64,000 nt of DNA from Chthonomonas calidirosea (GCA_945859975.1 CAMAPH010000002.1:64001-128000), one strand, 5' to 3'. Positions 1 to 10,727 are shown, counted from the first letter of the stretch. Program-made: numbers and translations. The notes: generated by a model not told the origin, from the letters alone.

Positions 1-3000
1 TGCGGCTTCTCCGATTTCTGCCTCTGGCTGTTCCGGTACGAACGTTTCGAGATCGATCTCGCTGAGTTCGCCAAGCGACTTGACCGGCGTTCCGCCCACG
101 ATTCGTGAAACGCGCTCAAGGCCGTTGACTCCGAGCTTTCGCAATCGGGCTTCAACCTTTCCGAGCATTTCGAGGAACGTGTCGTCCTTCTCGAACTTGA
201 TGTCAAGCAGTAGCTCTGCATTGACGTAAGCCGCGAGAGCTTGGCCACGCATGTGGTTCGCCAATCGGTCCATTTCGCCGAGGATTTCTTTCTCGGATGC
301 GCCTTCGAAGGCAGGGCACTTGTACTCGATTCCAAGGTGCTTGCCAACGTAACCCAAGTGGGTCTCGAGGAGCTGTCCGATGTTCATTCGGCTAGGAACA
401 CCAAGCGGGTTGAGAACGATGTCAATCGGCGTGCCATCCGCGAGGAACGGCATGTCTTCGACCGGAAGAACCCGGGAGATAACTCCCTTGTTACCGTGAC
501 GTCCGGCCATCTTGTCGCCGACCATCAGCTTTCGCTTCTGGGCAACGTAAACCTGAACCGTCATGTTCGTGCCGGCTGGCAGTTCATCGCCTGGAATCTG
601 GAGCAACGGCTCGTCGGTTCGGTCGCAGACCAGTCGGTCGCGCTTCTTCGATTCCTTATAGATGTAGTTGATGCTCGGCGAGAGGTACTTGTACCGGCTG
701 AACACCATGACATCGACGATGATTCCCTTTTCGCCGTGTGGCAATCGGAGAGAGACGTCGCGGGTTTCTTCAGCCTTCTTACCGAAGATTGCGATGATAA
801 GTCGCTCTTCAGCGGTCATTTCGACCTGGCCCTTCGGTGCAACCTTTCCAACGAGAATGTCTTCCGGTCGAACTTCAGCGCCGATTCGGATGATGCCGTT
901 TTCGTCGAGGTCCTTCAGTGCGTCTTCGCCAACGTTCGGAATGTCGCGAGTGATTTCCTCAGGTCCGAGCTTGGTGTCCACCGCTTCCGACTCGTGTCGT
1001 TCGATGTGGATCGACGTGTAAACGTCGTCCTTAACGAACCGCTCCGAGATCAGAATGGCGTCTTCATAGTTGTATCCGTTCCAAGGCGTGAAGGCCACGA
1101 GAACGTTCTTTCCAAGTGCGAGTTCGCCCTTGTCAACGCAGGCGCCGTCGGCAAGAGGATCCTTGTCCAGAACTCGCTGACCAAGGTCAACGATCGGTCG
1201 CTGGGTGAAACAAGTCGACTTGTTACTCTGCACGAGGTGCATCAGCGGGTACGTGTCAAGCTGACCTTCGTCCGTTCGAACCCGAATTTCCTGAGCGGAA
1301 ACGTACTCGACGACTCCACCGCGCTTGGCGATAACTGCCGCGCCGGAGTCAACGGCTGCAACTCGCTCGTATCCGGTTCCAACAAGTGGCTTTTCGGATC
1401 GGAGACAAGGAACCGCCTGTCGTTGCATGTTCGCGCCCATCAGAGCACGGTTAGCGTCGTCGTTTTCAAGGAACGGAATCAACGCCGTGGCAACCGAGAT
1501 GATCTGGGTCGGAGCAACGTCCATGAGCTCAATCTGCTCACGTCGGACGATTGGGTAGGACGCACCACCAACTTCAGCACCAGCGACTCGTACCTGAATT
1601 CGCTCGGAGATGATCTTCGCGTATTCGTCAAGCACCACGTCGGCAGGAGCAACGAACTGACCCGTCTCTTCCTGTGCGGTCAAGTAGATGATTTCGTCGC
1701 TGACCGTTCCGTCTTTAACGATTCGGTACGGCGTCATGATGAAGCCGAATTCGTCAACACGGGCACGGCTCGTAAGCTGGCTGATCAGACCGATGTTCGG
1801 GCCTTCTGGCGTTTCGATCGGGCAGATTCGGCCGTAGTGCGAACGGTGAACGTCACGAACTTCCAGCTTGGCGCTGGTTCGCTGCAATCCACCAGGTCCT
1901 AGGGAGGACAAACGTCGCTTGTTCGTAATTTCCGAAAGCGGGTTCGTCTGGTCCATAAAGGTGGACAGCTGGTTGGAGGAGAAGAAGCTCTTGATCGACG
2001 CGCTAACTGGCTTAACCGAAAGGATGATTCCCGGCAGCAAGTTCTCTTGGTCGGTCGAGGTCATTCGCTCTCGGGCAACCTTTTCCATTCGGACGAAGCC
2101 AAGTCGAAGCTGGCTCTGGAGGAGTTCTCCAACCGAGCGGACTCGCTTGTTTCGAAGGTCATCGATGTCGTCTCGTTCCGACTCTCGTCGAACGTACGGC
2201 ACCATGGCCTTCAGAATTGCGGCGAGGTCGTCGCAGGTCAGATTTCGGATGCTGAGCGGAATCTTGAGGCCGAGCTTTTGGTTCAAGAATCGTCGTCCGA
2301 CCTTTCCGAGGTCGTATCGCTTGATGTCGAAGAACAGGCCGTAGATCAGCTGCTTCGCGGCTTCTTCGTTAGCCGCTTCGCCTGGTCGCAGTCGCTTGTA
2401 GATATCAAGGACAGCTTCTCGAGCGCCGCTCGTTGGGTCGGCATCAATCGTGGCTTCGGCAAGCGAGTTCGTGTATCGAACCTTCAGCGAAGGAAGCTGC
2501 ATGGCTTCGATTCGCTTGGCCGTGGTCGCGTCGATTCGCTCTCCGCGCTTGACCAGAAGTTCGCCGTTGTCGAACAAATCTTCGTGAGGCCGGCATCCGA
2601 TCAGCTTTTCCTGATCTGGGTTTTCGAGAATGATGTCTTCGGTGAAGAAGCGAACGAGGTCCTCGTTGTTCGCAAATGGTTGCTCGACCTTCGTTTCGAA
2701 CTGCTGCTGCTCGGTAGTGAGCGCGTTCAGCAATTCCTGGCTGAAGATCGTGCCCACTTCGACAAGGATTTCTCCGGTCGAGGCATCGATGACCGACTCA
2801 GCAATTCGCTTTCCAACCGATTCGGACAGCTTGGCGGTGATTCGACCTCGGCCCTTTTCGAAGTAGTAGAGCGCCTTGATCATCTGCGTCAACGGCAGTT
2901 TCTTGGTTTGGCTGATCTGAGTTCGAACGACGTTGTTGGCGTCGCTGTCAACTTCGAGCCATGGGCCTTCGTTTGGAATAACGCGAGCGGAGACAACGAC

Positions 3001-3435
3001 TTGCATCGAGCTGTCCACGCCTTCTTCGAAGTACAGACCCGGCGATCGGCTGAGCTGAGAAACGATGACTCGCTCTCGGCCATTGATGACAAAGGTGCCT
3101 TTGTCCGTCATCAGCGGAAGGTCGCCAAGGTAGACCTCCGATTCGATGATGTCTCGTTCTTTTCCGCCAAAGCGAACAATTGCCTTGATCGGAGCTTCAA
3201 ACGTCATGTCGCGATCTCGACATTCCTGAAGCGAGTACTTAGGTTCTCCAAGGGAGAAGCTGACCAACTCGATAAAGTTGGTCATGGTGAAGTCGTAAAT
3301 AGGACTGAAAGTTTCGAACAGCTCAGGAAGTCCCTCTTCCAGAAACCACTTGTAAGAGTTAAGCTGGAGTTCGATCAGGTTGGGGACATCAATAAAGCGT
3401 CCAATTCGCTTGCTGGAAGGTGAAATGACTCGCAT
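1..3435 (-). CDS. rpoB: DNA-directed RNA polymerase beta subunit (runs off the window start)
   Basis: Manual minus-strand translation gives GTFVINGRERVIVSQLSRSPG, GDKMAGRHGNKGV and LNPLGVPSRMNIGQ. It is absent from the ORF track because no stop lies in the window. Start ATG 3435 was chosen because the upstream ATG 3468 overlaps a TAGTAT -10 box. Confidence 0.97.
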   Translation of the reverse strand, partial: MRVISPSSKRIGRFIDVPNLIELQLNSYKWFLEEGLPELFETFSPIYDFTMTNFIELVSFSLGEPKYSLQECRDRDMTFEAPIKAIVRFGGKERDIIESEVYLGDLPLMTDKGTFVINGRERVIVSQLSRSPGLYFEEGVDSSMQVVVSARVIPNEGPWLEVDSDANNVVRTQISQTKKLPLTQMIKALYYFEKGRGRITAKLSESVGKRIAESVIDASTGEILVEVGTIFSQELLNALTTEQQQFETKVEQPFANNEDLVRFFTEDIILENPDQEKLIGCRPHEDLFDNGELLVKRGERIDATTAKRIEAMQLPSLKVRYTNSLAEATIDADPTSGAREAVLDIYKRLRPGEAANEEAAKQLIYGLFFDIKRYDLGKVGRRFLNQKLGLKIPLSIRNLTCDDLAAILKAMVPYVRRESERDDIDDLRNKRVRSVGELLQSQLRLGFVRMEKVARERMTSTDQENLLPGIILSVKPVSASIKSFFSSNQLSTFMDQTNPLSEITNKRRLSSLGPGGLQRTSAKLEVRDVHRSHYGRICPIETPEGPNIGLISQLTSRARVDEFGFIMTPYRIVKDGTVSDEIIYLTAQEETGQFVAPADVVLDEYAKIISERIQVRVAGAEVGGASYPIVRREQIELMDVAPTQIISVATALIPFLENDDANRALMGANMQRQAVPCLRSEKPLVGTGYERVAAVDSGAAVIAKRGGVVEYVSAQEIRVRTDEGQLDTYPLMHLVQSNKSTCFTQRPIVDLGQRVLDKDPLADGACVDKGELALGKNVLVAFTPWNGYNYEDAILISERFVKDDVYTSIHIERHESEAVDTKLGPEEITRDIPNVGEDALKDLDENGIIRIGAEVRPEDILVGKVAPKGQVEMTAEERLIIAIFGKKAEETRDVSLRLPHGEKGIIVDVMVFSRYKYLSPSINYIYKESKKRDRLVCDRTDEPLLQIPGDELPAGTNMTVQVYVAQKRKLMVGDKMAGRHGNKGVISRVLPVEDMPFLADGTPIDIVLNPLGVPSRMNIGQLLETHLGYVGKHLGIEYKCPAFEGASEKEILGEMDRLANHMRGQALAAYVNAELLLDIKFEKDDTFLEMLGKVEARLRKLGVNGLERVSRIVGGTPVKSLGELSEIDLETFVPEQPEAEIGEAA

Positions 3436-3518
3436 AGGAATCGGGAGCGCACGGAGGCGAACATGCATACTACCGGGATTTCGCCCGGTAGCGCAACGGT
3501 TAGGACCCGATTTTTGGT

Positions 3519-3788
3519 TTAGCGCAGTCGCTGCTCAACGGTTTCGGATGGCAAAACCACCGACCGGCTGACCAAGTTATCTACCGCGATCGACTGCTGA
3601 TGAACGAGGCTGCGAAGTTCTGCGATTTCGTGCCGTAGGGCAAGCATTTCCTGGCTAGATTGGCGATTTTGTTCTCCGCCATGAATGAGTTCGGCCATTC
3701 TCTGCTGGTGCTTCGTAAGAATCGCGACCACCGGAATCAGCAGTGCGAGAATCGGGATCATGATGGCGACATTTTCGACAGGAAACAT
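3519..3788 (-). CDS. small membrane-anchored coiled-coil hypothetical protein
   Basis: 89 aa with an N-terminal hydrophobic helix followed by a heptad coiled coil; TATAAT and GGAG upstream. Confidence 0.7.
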   Translation of the reverse strand: MFPVENVAIMIPILALLIPVVAILTKHQQRMAELIHGGEQNRQSSQEMLALRHEIAELRSLVHQQSIAVDNLVSRSVVLPSETVEQRLR

Positions 3789-3830
3789 GGCTCCGACGAT
3801 TATAAGGCATGATGCAGCCGCGGTGGGACT

Positions 3831-4550
3831 TTAGATTCGTCCTGCGGCAATTGCTTCCGGCAACGTGAATCGATTCTCGTACAGCGCTTTGCCAACAATC
3901 ACGCCTTCTGGCGCGGGATTTAGCTGTCCAAGTCCAGAGATATCGGTCAGCTCAGCTACCCCACCCGAGGCGATCAACGGCACCGAAACACCGTTCAAGA
4001 ATCGTTGCATCAGTTCAAAATTCGGCCCCTGTAACGCGCCGTCAGTCGCGATATCCGTTACGATAAATCGTCGTGCCCCGAACGATTCCAACTCTTGGGC
4101 AAACTCAATAAGATCTGCTGTCGAGGTCTCAAGCCAACCTCCGACTGCGACCTTGCCATCCCGAGCATCCAGCCCGCAGACCACCGATTCGCCGAGCTTC
4201 AGGGCTTCTTTCGCGAAATCCGGATCACGAACCAGCGCCGAGCCCAGAATGACCCGGGCTACTCCCGCAGCCAAGGCGGCCTCAAGGTGCTCGGAAGAAG
4301 TGATCCCCCCTCCCAGTTCAATCTTCACGCTGACCTCGGCGGCTATCTTTCGAATGACTTCCAGGTTCCGTGGCTGCCCCGCTTTCGCACCATCGAGGTC
4401 GACGATATGAAGCCACTCCGCGCCACCCTCAACGAACGACTGAGCGGTCGCAACGGGATCCTCGGAATACTTCGTAATCTGCCCGTAATCGCCTTGGTAA
4501 AGCCGAACGCAGTTTCCATCAATCAAATCGATGGCCGGAAGAATTAGCAA
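3831..4550 (-). CDS. hisA: phosphoribosylformimino-AICAR-P isomerase
   Basis: MLILPAIDLIDGNCVRLYQGDY, HIVDLDGA, ASGGV motifs. Confidence 0.97.
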   Translation of the reverse strand: MLILPAIDLIDGNCVRLYQGDYGQITKYSEDPVATAQSFVEGGAEWLHIVDLDGAKAGQPRNLEVIRKIAAEVSVKIELGGGITSSEHLEAALAAGVARVILGSALVRDPDFAKEALKLGESVVCGLDARDGKVAVGGWLETSTADLIEFAQELESFGARRFIVTDIATDGALQGPNFELMQRFLNGVSVPLIASGGVAELTDISGLGQLNPAPEGVIVGKALYENRFTLPEAIAAGRI

Positions 4551-5134
4551 CGCAGAAAGTTCTCCAATATTCGAATACCTACCGAACCGCTCTTCTCTGG
4601 GTGGAACTGGGTCCCTTGCACGTTCCCCCGCTTCACTGCCGCCGTAAATGGCTCACCGTGAAAGGCAGTTGCCGTAACATCCTGCGGATTTTCGCAGCGG
4701 GCAACCAGCGAGTGCACAAAGTAGACCTGTTCCCCGGCCTCGATGCCCTCAAAAATGGGCGAAGGTTGCGGAAACGCCAATGCGCTCCAACCCATGTGCG
4801 GAATCTTGATCCCCTCGTGTCGAGGCAAAAACTGAATCTGCCCGGGAATCAACCCGAGTCCTTCGTGGTGGCCAAATTCTTCGCTCGCATCGAACAGCAG
4901 CTGCATGCCCAAGCAAATTCCAAGAATCGGGACGCCATCATCTGCCAGCCCGCGAATCCCGTCGCGAAGCGGTAAGAGATGTTCCATCGCCGCGCCAAAA
5001 GCGCCAACGCCGGGAATGATGAGCTTCGTCGCACCGGCAACCTGGTCGCGAATTTCGCACTCAACATCAAGGGAACGGACCGCTTTAGCAACCGAACTCA
5101 GGTTGTTGATGCCGTAGTCCAGGATGGTTACCAC
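4544..5134 (-). CDS. hisH: imidazole glycerol phosphate synthase, glutaminase subunit
   Basis: PGVGAF, GICLGMQ, QFHPEKS motifs. Confidence 0.97.
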   Translation of the reverse strand: MVTILDYGINNLSSVAKAVRSLDVECEIRDQVAGATKLIIPGVGAFGAAMEHLLPLRDGIRGLADDGVPILGICLGMQLLFDASEEFGHHEGLGLIPGQIQFLPRHEGIKIPHMGWSALAFPQPSPIFEGIEAGEQVYFVHSLVARCENPQDVTATAFHGEPFTAAVKRGNVQGTQFHPEKSGSVGIRILENFLRC

Positions 5135-5160
5135 GGCTGAATTTTACCGGCGATGCCCAA

Positions 5161-5763
5161 TCAGTCCCGCTTACCCTTGGTAGAACTTGAGCGTCGCTCC
5201 GACTTCTCCGCCGCAAATTTCAGCGCTCGTCCAAAGCCCTTAAAGATCGCCTCACAAATGTGGTGGTCATTCTCCCCTGCGATCTGATGAATGTGCAAGG
5301 TCACTTTGGCGTGCGTTGTGAATGCCCGGAAGAATTCCCGCACGCACTCCGTTGAGAGATCCCCAATCTTTTCACGCTTAAAGTTGACGTTATAGCCAAG
5401 AATCCCGCGACCGCTGATATCAAGTGCCACTAAGACTAACGCTTCGTCCATCGGCGTGTGATTGCTGGCGTAGCGCTGAATGCTCTTCTCGTCCGAAATG
5501 GCGTGGGCGAATGCCTGCCCAAGCACGATTCCGCAATCTTCGACCGTATGGTGATCATCAACCTCGAGGTCGCCTTCACACGTGAGTCCGAGGTCGACCT
5601 GACCATGGAAAGCCATGAGCTGCAACATGTGGTCGAAGAAGCCGACTCCGGTCGAGATGTCTTGCCGCGTTCCGCCATCAAGATCCAGAACCACCGTCAC
5701 GCGGGTTTCATGCGTTTCGCGTTCGAGTTCGGCGTAGCGGACGCCCGGTGCAGACTTTGCCAT
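5161..5763 (-). CDS. hisB: imidazoleglycerol-phosphate dehydratase
   Basis: FFDHML, DDHHTVED, NDHHICEA motifs. Confidence 0.97.
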   Translation of the reverse strand: MAKSAPGVRYAELERETHETRVTVVLDLDGGTRQDISTGVGFFDHMLQLMAFHGQVDLGLTCEGDLEVDDHHTVEDCGIVLGQAFAHAISDEKSIQRYASNHTPMDEALVLVALDISGRGILGYNVNFKREKIGDLSTECVREFFRAFTTHAKVTLHIHQIAGENDHHICEAIFKGFGRALKFAAEKSERRSSSTKGKRD

Positions 5764-5999
5764 CCGTTAAATCTACTCTAACGCCCGTTTCCGAACGGGC
5801 CAGCGAGGCAAAAAAACGGGTGCGCTAGGAAAAGTGCTCGCCTCGGACTTCAACATCGAAGCCACTTTCGTCGAGACCCATCGGTCGCGCCCCCGAAAAA
5901 CGACAAAGGCAAGGGTCACAAACTCGCCGAAAGAACATCGTTGTTCCGCCTATCCGCAGGTCATTCAACCTGCTTCGTGCACGAGATTCGACTCTCACA

Positions 6000-6115
6000 T
6001 CGCTTACGGAGTTAGCTGTCGGGTTCGGGTCAAGAGCTCCCCTAGCGGCATTTCTGCCTCATTCACCCCTATAAGTACGGTTCCCCCGCTCTCTGAAACC
6101 AGAGATTAAGCGCTT
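6000..6115 (-). promoter_or_regulatory. c-di-AMP (ydaO/yuaA) riboswitch aptamer
   Basis: Minus strand reads CGCTTAATCTCT...AGAGAGCGGGGGAACC...GGGGTGAAT...CCCGAACCCGACAGCTAACTCCGTAAGCG, matching the ydaO conserved blocks. CGCTTA pairs with TAAGCG. A TATAGT -10 box lies just upstream (about 6134-6139). Confidence 0.88.
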
Positions 6116-6206
6116 GGCTTTATCGCCATCAAAACTATACACGAAAGAAAAGGGGGCGATATCGGACTTTCTCACCCCGGCCTCGGCGGTATCCTCTGAC
6201 ACGACT

Positions 6207-7085
6207 ATGGCGATCCTTGTCGATAAAAACACCCGCGTTATCGTTTGCGGCATGACCGGAAAGGAAGGCAGCTTCCACGCCGAACAGATGATCCAATACG
6301 GAACGCAAGTGGTAGCCGGAGTTACCCCCGGAAAAGGCGGCACGACCCACCTCGACCGACCTGTCTTTGACAGCGTGAAAGATGCTCGCGAGGCAACCGG
6401 TGCCGACGCTGCGATCATTTTTGTACCTGGCCCTTTCGCCGCCGACTCCGTGCTCGAGTGCGAAGACGCTGGCGTTGAGTTCATCACCTGCATTTCCGAC
6501 TGGCTCCCAATCCACGACGAGATCCGAATGGTGAACCGAGTGCGCGATAACAACACCAGTCGCCTCCTCGGTCCAAACTGCGCCGGAATCATCACTCCTG
6601 GCGAGTGCAAGATGGGCATCATGCCCGGCAACATCTTTAAGCCAGGCCCGATCGGAATGGTTTCCCGCTCTGGAACCTTGACCTACGAAATCGTTTGGGA
6701 AATGACCCGAGCCGATCTCGGTCAAACCACCTGCGTTGGCATTGGTGGAGACCCGCTCCCTGGCACTCGATTCATCGAAGTCATGGAAATGTTCGAAAAG
6801 GACCCGGCAACTAAGGCGGTTGTCATGGTCGGCGAAATCGGCGGATCGGACGAAGAAGCCGCCTGCGAATACATGAAGTCGATGAGCAAGCCGGTTGTTG
6901 GATTCATCTCCGGCCGAACCGCCCCTCCTGGAAAGCGAATGGGCCACGCCGGCGCAATCATCAGCGGCAACACCGGAACGCCAGAATCCAAGGTGAGCGC
7001 GCTTCTCGAAGCCGGCGCATCGGTCGCAGACCGAACCAGCGACGTTCCTCGCTTGCTCCAAGAAGCCCTTGCAAAAGTAGGCTAA
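6207..7085 (+). CDS. sucD: succinyl-CoA synthetase alpha subunit
   Basis: [11 protein letters not shown] start, [23 protein letters not shown] (phospho-His). Confidence 0.97.
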   Translation: MAILVDKNTRVIVCGMTGKEGSFHAEQMIQYGTQVVAGVTPGKGGTTHLDRPVFDSVKDAREATGADAAIIFVPGPFAADSVLECEDAGVEFITCISDWLPIHDEIRMVNRVRDNNTSRLLGPNCAGIITPGECKMGIMPGNIFKPGPIGMVSRSGTLTYEIVWEMTRADLGQTTCVGIGGDPLPGTRFIEVMEMFEKDPATKAVVMVGEIGGSDEEAACEYMKSMSKPVVGFISGRTAPPGKRMGHAGAIISGNTGTPESKVSALLEAGASVADRTSDVPRLLQEALAKVG

Positions 7086-7086
7086 T

Positions 7087-8193
7087 TTGTCCTTCCAACT
7101 CGAACGGTACTTCGACTATGCGGCCACAACGCCCATAGACGAAGCCGTTCGGGCGGAGATGCTTCCCTTCCTTGGCGAAGCTTTCGGCAACCCAAACTCA
7201 ACCCACGCATGGGGCCAGCGCACCCGCGCCGCCGTGGAACTTGCCCGCGAGCGGATCGCCGAGGCGACCGGTTGGTCGCCAGAGTGCGTGACCTTTACCG
7301 CCAGCGCGACCGAAGCCAACAACTGGGTCATTGCGCAACATCCGGGCGGCCAAATGAGCCCGTTCGAACACGAAGCGGTCCGCGCTCCCGGCTTAGCGAA
7401 CGGCTACTCCGTGATTCCAAACCACGGACTAGAGCTTCTGCCCGCACCGGGCGGATCCCGTCTGCCCCTGGTTAGCAAAATACTAGTCAGCAACGAGACC
7501 GGCACCGTCTGGAATCCAAACTCGTTCTTTGAAGCTTCAACGCACGATTTCATTCACTCCGACGCAAGCCAGGCCCTAGGGCGAATCGATCTTCAGTCCA
7601 CCACGGCGGACTTCATGACCTTCAGCTCCCACAAATGCTATGGCCCAAAAGGAGCGGCAGCACTCGCGACCGGCAGTGCCTTGAGCCCGATGCTACTTGG
7701 CGGTGAGCAGGAAGGTGGGCTCCGGGCTGGGACGCTGAACGTCCCCGCAATCGTTGGCTTCGGCCTCGCCGCTCAAATTGCGGCAGAACGCCGAGAAGCC
7801 GATTGGCAACACGCGGAAGAACTCCGAGCCATCGTCCTGACCGAGTTGGAACACGTTTCGGACTGGAGAATCAATGGTGTGGACGCCGCATGGACGTACG
7901 AGTCGTCCCCAATCTACAACGTCCCTTACATCCTCTCCCTCAGCTTCCTAGGTGTCGAAGGCGAAACTCTCGTCATCGAAGCCGATGCGGCCGGGTTCGC
8001 AATCTCTGCCGGAGCCGCCTGCAGTTCCGGGTCAACCGAGCCCAGTCACGTGCTCACTGCGATGGGCGTACCGCGCGAATGGATTCGCGGGACAGCAAGA
8101 ATTAGCTTCGGCCGGTACAATTCTAAGGAAGCGGCACGTGCGCTTGGCCACTTTCTCCGGGTCTCTTTGGATCGTTTACGCCAAAAGTCTTGA
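7087..8193 (+). CDS. cysteine desulfurase (IscS/NifS class I)
   Basis: YFDYAATTP, SSHKCYGPKG (PLP Lys), SAGAACSS. Confidence 0.92.
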   Translation: MSFQLERYFDYAATTPIDEAVRAEMLPFLGEAFGNPNSTHAWGQRTRAAVELARERIAEATGWSPECVTFTASATEANNWVIAQHPGGQMSPFEHEAVRAPGLANGYSVIPNHGLELLPAPGGSRLPLVSKILVSNETGTVWNPNSFFEASTHDFIHSDASQALGRIDLQSTTADFMTFSSHKCYGPKGAAALATGSALSPMLLGGEQEGGLRAGTLNVPAIVGFGLAAQIAAERREADWQHAEELRAIVLTELEHVSDWRINGVDAAWTYESSPIYNVPYILSLSFLGVEGETLVIEADAAGFAISAGAACSSGSTEPSHVLTAMGVPREWIRGTARISFGRYNSKEAARALGHFLRVSLDRLRQKS

Positions 8194-8343
8194 GTTTTTG
8201 TGTTGCCGGCAACGTAACCGAACGATTTTTACGTCGTAATACTTTGTTAACGCATCGATAAGAACGAGAAAAAAACTTCATCTAAAATCGGACTGAGAAT
8301 GGCTGGCAGTGACGCCAACGATTTAGTCTGTGAGATGGACACC

Positions 8344-8372
8344 TTGACACGTGTACTTCCGAGTGTTAACGT
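8344..8372 (+). promoter_or_regulatory. sigma70-type promoter upstream of the sigma factor gene
   Basis: TTGACA-N17-TAACGT. Confidence 0.55.
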
Positions 8373-8507
8373 ATGACTTCTTAATCGTCCTTTGGGCGAG
8401 AAGAAATTTTTTAGATCACAGACTCGGGAAGTTCAATGACGAACGCAAGAGGCCGTGACCAACAAGTGAAGCAGTAAGAGCCTGCTTCGGAGGATAACGA
8501 AAATAAC

Positions 8508-9551
8508 ATGCCAGTAGAAAACGGGATTGCCACGGCGCCAAGGCGAGGGCGTGCGATTACGGTTCGCACACCAGGACGCCAAATGTACGCCGAAGCCGGC
8601 AGCACCCCCGTTCTAGATGACCCGGCTGTAGAGCCGGGTGAAGAAGATCTGTTAGACCTTGAGGCGGCGGACGAAGAAGAGGAAGAGGCTAAACCCACTT
8701 CCGATGACTCTGAAGAACTTGAGATGTGGATGCGGCAAACCCGCCGCGCACAACTTCTGACTCCAGAGCAAGAAGTCGATCTCGCCCGTAAGGTTCAAGC
8801 CGGAGACATGAACGCGAAGCGGATTCTCATCGAATCCAACCTGCGACTCGTTGTCTCTATCGCCAAGAAGTACAACGCGCGAGGAATTCCGCTCGCTGAC
8901 CTGATTCAAGAGGGCAACCTCGGTCTCATTCGTGCGGTCGAAAAATTCGACTGGCGAAAGGGCTTCCGATTCAGCACGTACGCCACTTGGTGGATTCGAC
9001 GAGCCATCGCTCGTGCGATCATCAACCAGGGACGAACAATCCGAATTCCGGTTTACGTTGCCGAGTTGATCAACAAGGTCGTCAAGACGGCTTCCCGATT
9101 GCAGCAAGAACTTCAACGAGAACCGACCGAAGAAGAGATTTCGAAAGAAGTTGGCCTCTCGATTGATCGTGTTCGAGAAATGATGCGGGTTGCCGTGGAG
9201 CCAATCTCCTTGGAAACACCGGTAGGCGAAAAGGATAACTCCAGCATTGGAGACTTCGTTCAGTCGCAGAACATGCCTTCCCCGGGAGACGTGACCTTCA
9301 CGCTCATTCGGCGAGAGGAAATCGATGGCATCCTTGGTCGACTGACCTCGCGAGAGCGAGACGTCGTTCGACTCCGGTTTGGCCTAGATGACGGTCGTCA
9401 GCGCACCTTGGAAGAGGTCGGAACCGAACTCAACGTCACCCGAGAGCGAGTTCGACAGATCGAACTCCGTGCGATGAAGAAGCTCCGCCACATTGGCCAA
9501 GAGCTGAACGCGCAAGGATTCACCATCACGCCTTCGCCCGCGAACGGCTAA
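8508..9551 (+). CDS. RNA polymerase sigma factor, RpoD/SigA-like
   Basis: [34 protein letters not shown], region 4 [16 protein letters not shown]. Confidence 0.93.
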   Translation: MPVENGIATAPRRGRAITVRTPGRQMYAEAGSTPVLDDPAVEPGEEDLLDLEAADEEEEEAKPTSDDSEELEMWMRQTRRAQLLTPEQEVDLARKVQAGDMNAKRILIESNLRLVVSIAKKYNARGIPLADLIQEGNLGLIRAVEKFDWRKGFRFSTYATWWIRRAIARAIINQGRTIRIPVYVAELINKVVKTASRLQQELQREPTEEEISKEVGLSIDRVREMMRVAVEPISLETPVGEKDNSSIGDFVQSQNMPSPGDVTFTLIRREEIDGILGRLTSRERDVVRLRFGLDDGRQRTLEEVGTELNVTRERVRQIELRAMKKLRHIGQELNAQGFTITPSPANG

Positions 9552-9557
9552 GAAAGT

Positions 9558-9597
9558 AAAAAAGGGGAGCGGACCAAATGGTCCGCTCCCCTTTTTT
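9558..9597. terminator. bidirectional intrinsic terminator
   Basis: A6-GGGGAGCGGACCA/TGGTCCGCTCCCC-T6 between convergent genes. Confidence 0.9.
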
Positions 9598-9609
9598 GCG
9601 TCTGACGGT

Positions 9610-10038
9610 CTATCGGCCAGATTTGAGCAAGTCGCGAATCTCGACCAGCAACTTCTCTTCCGCCGTCGGTTCTGGTGGTGCCGCTGGCGCTGGCTCCACT
9701 TTCGGCTGGAGACGATTCACCGTCTTAACCAGGAAGAAAACCACGGCCGCAACGATCAAGAACTGGATGAGGCTGTTCAGAAACGAGCCGTACGCAATGA
9801 CCGGCCCCAGCTTCTTGGCTTCGACTAGAGCGAGACCACTGGGTACCTTGGCGTCCAGCGGCACATAAAGGTTGGTGAAATCCACTTTGCCGACCAGCAA
9901 GCCGATGGGCGGCATGATGATCTCATCTACCAAACCCGTAACAATCTTGCCGAATGCAGCGCCGATGATGACGCCGACGGCAAGATCTACAACATTCCCA
10001 CGAAGCGCGAATTCTTTGAATTCCTTAACAATTGACAT
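9610..10038 (-). CDS. mscL: large-conductance mechanosensitive channel
   Basis: [37 protein letters not shown]. Confidence 0.97.
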   Translation of the reverse strand: MSIVKEFKEFALRGNVVDLAVGVIIGAAFGKIVTGLVDEIIMPPIGLLVGKVDFTNLYVPLDAKVPSGLALVEAKKLGPVIAYGSFLNSLIQFLIVAAVVFFLVKTVNRLQPKVEPAPAAPPEPTAEEKLLVEIRDLLKSGR

Positions 10039-10068
10039 AAAGAAACACATACGAACTGACGACATTCA

Positions 10069-10725
10069 CTAGAACGTTCGCTCAGAAAGTCCAATCGAAA
10101 GTACCCGCTCAACCGCCGCCCCGAACGCTTCCGCCACCGCTTGAGCATCAAACGGCGTGAAAACGCCTACGTAACCCCGTATCTGCGAGTCCATCGGCCC
10201 GAACGGAAAGCTACTCTGAAGTAGTGCACCGTGATTGGTCACGCGCAACGCGCAACCGCCCAATTTCTTCCCGGTCGACCGATCCGTGACGTCATAGCCG
10301 GTCCGGAGCGAAAAGCAATCGGCTGACTCTGACCCACTCGTCGCCTTCAGGTCGTTCGCAATGACCGCATCAATTTCTATGGTCTGAAAAGCCGCAAGGA
10401 TTGGCGAAGTCAAACTCTCGTAAATAGGTCCGAGGCTGCGCAAGCTGGACTCGCTCGGCAACGGAACGGCGACCGAGAGACAGATATCCTGACCATGTTG
10501 AACCGCTCGGCCACCCGTTGGCCTCGCTACCCAGTTTGCCGTTAGCCCGTTTTGAAAGACCCGCTCAGGTCGCTGAAAGCGCCCCAGAGAAACCCAGGGA
10601 CCATCCCAAAAATAAGCACGGGCTCCCGGCTGTCCAGATTCCGCCGCTGAAAGGAGTTCCACGTCCAATTCCATGTTCCGAGGCCCGTAAAGCGGACCTT
10701 GGACTACAAAACTAGACGTGCTCAA
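10069..10725 (-). CDS. lipoate-protein ligase / octanoyltransferase family protein
   Basis: NMELD, SLGRFQ, RPTGGRAVQH, GKKLGG; adjacent to gcvPB. Confidence 0.8.
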   Translation of the reverse strand: MSTSSFVVQGPLYGPRNMELDVELLSAAESGQPGARAYFWDGPWVSLGRFQRPERVFQNGLTANWVARPTGGRAVQHGQDICLSVAVPLPSESSLRSLGPIYESLTSPILAAFQTIEIDAVIANDLKATSGSESADCFSLRTGYDVTDRSTGKKLGGCALRVTNHGALLQSSFPFGPMDSQIRGYVGVFTPFDAQAVAEAFGAAVERVLSIGLSERTF

Positions 10726-10727
10726 CG

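Noticed and set aside
241..3423. Long + strand ORFs of 553 aa and 458 aa
   Set aside because: They are antisense shadows of rpoB, whose conserved motifs are on the minus strand.
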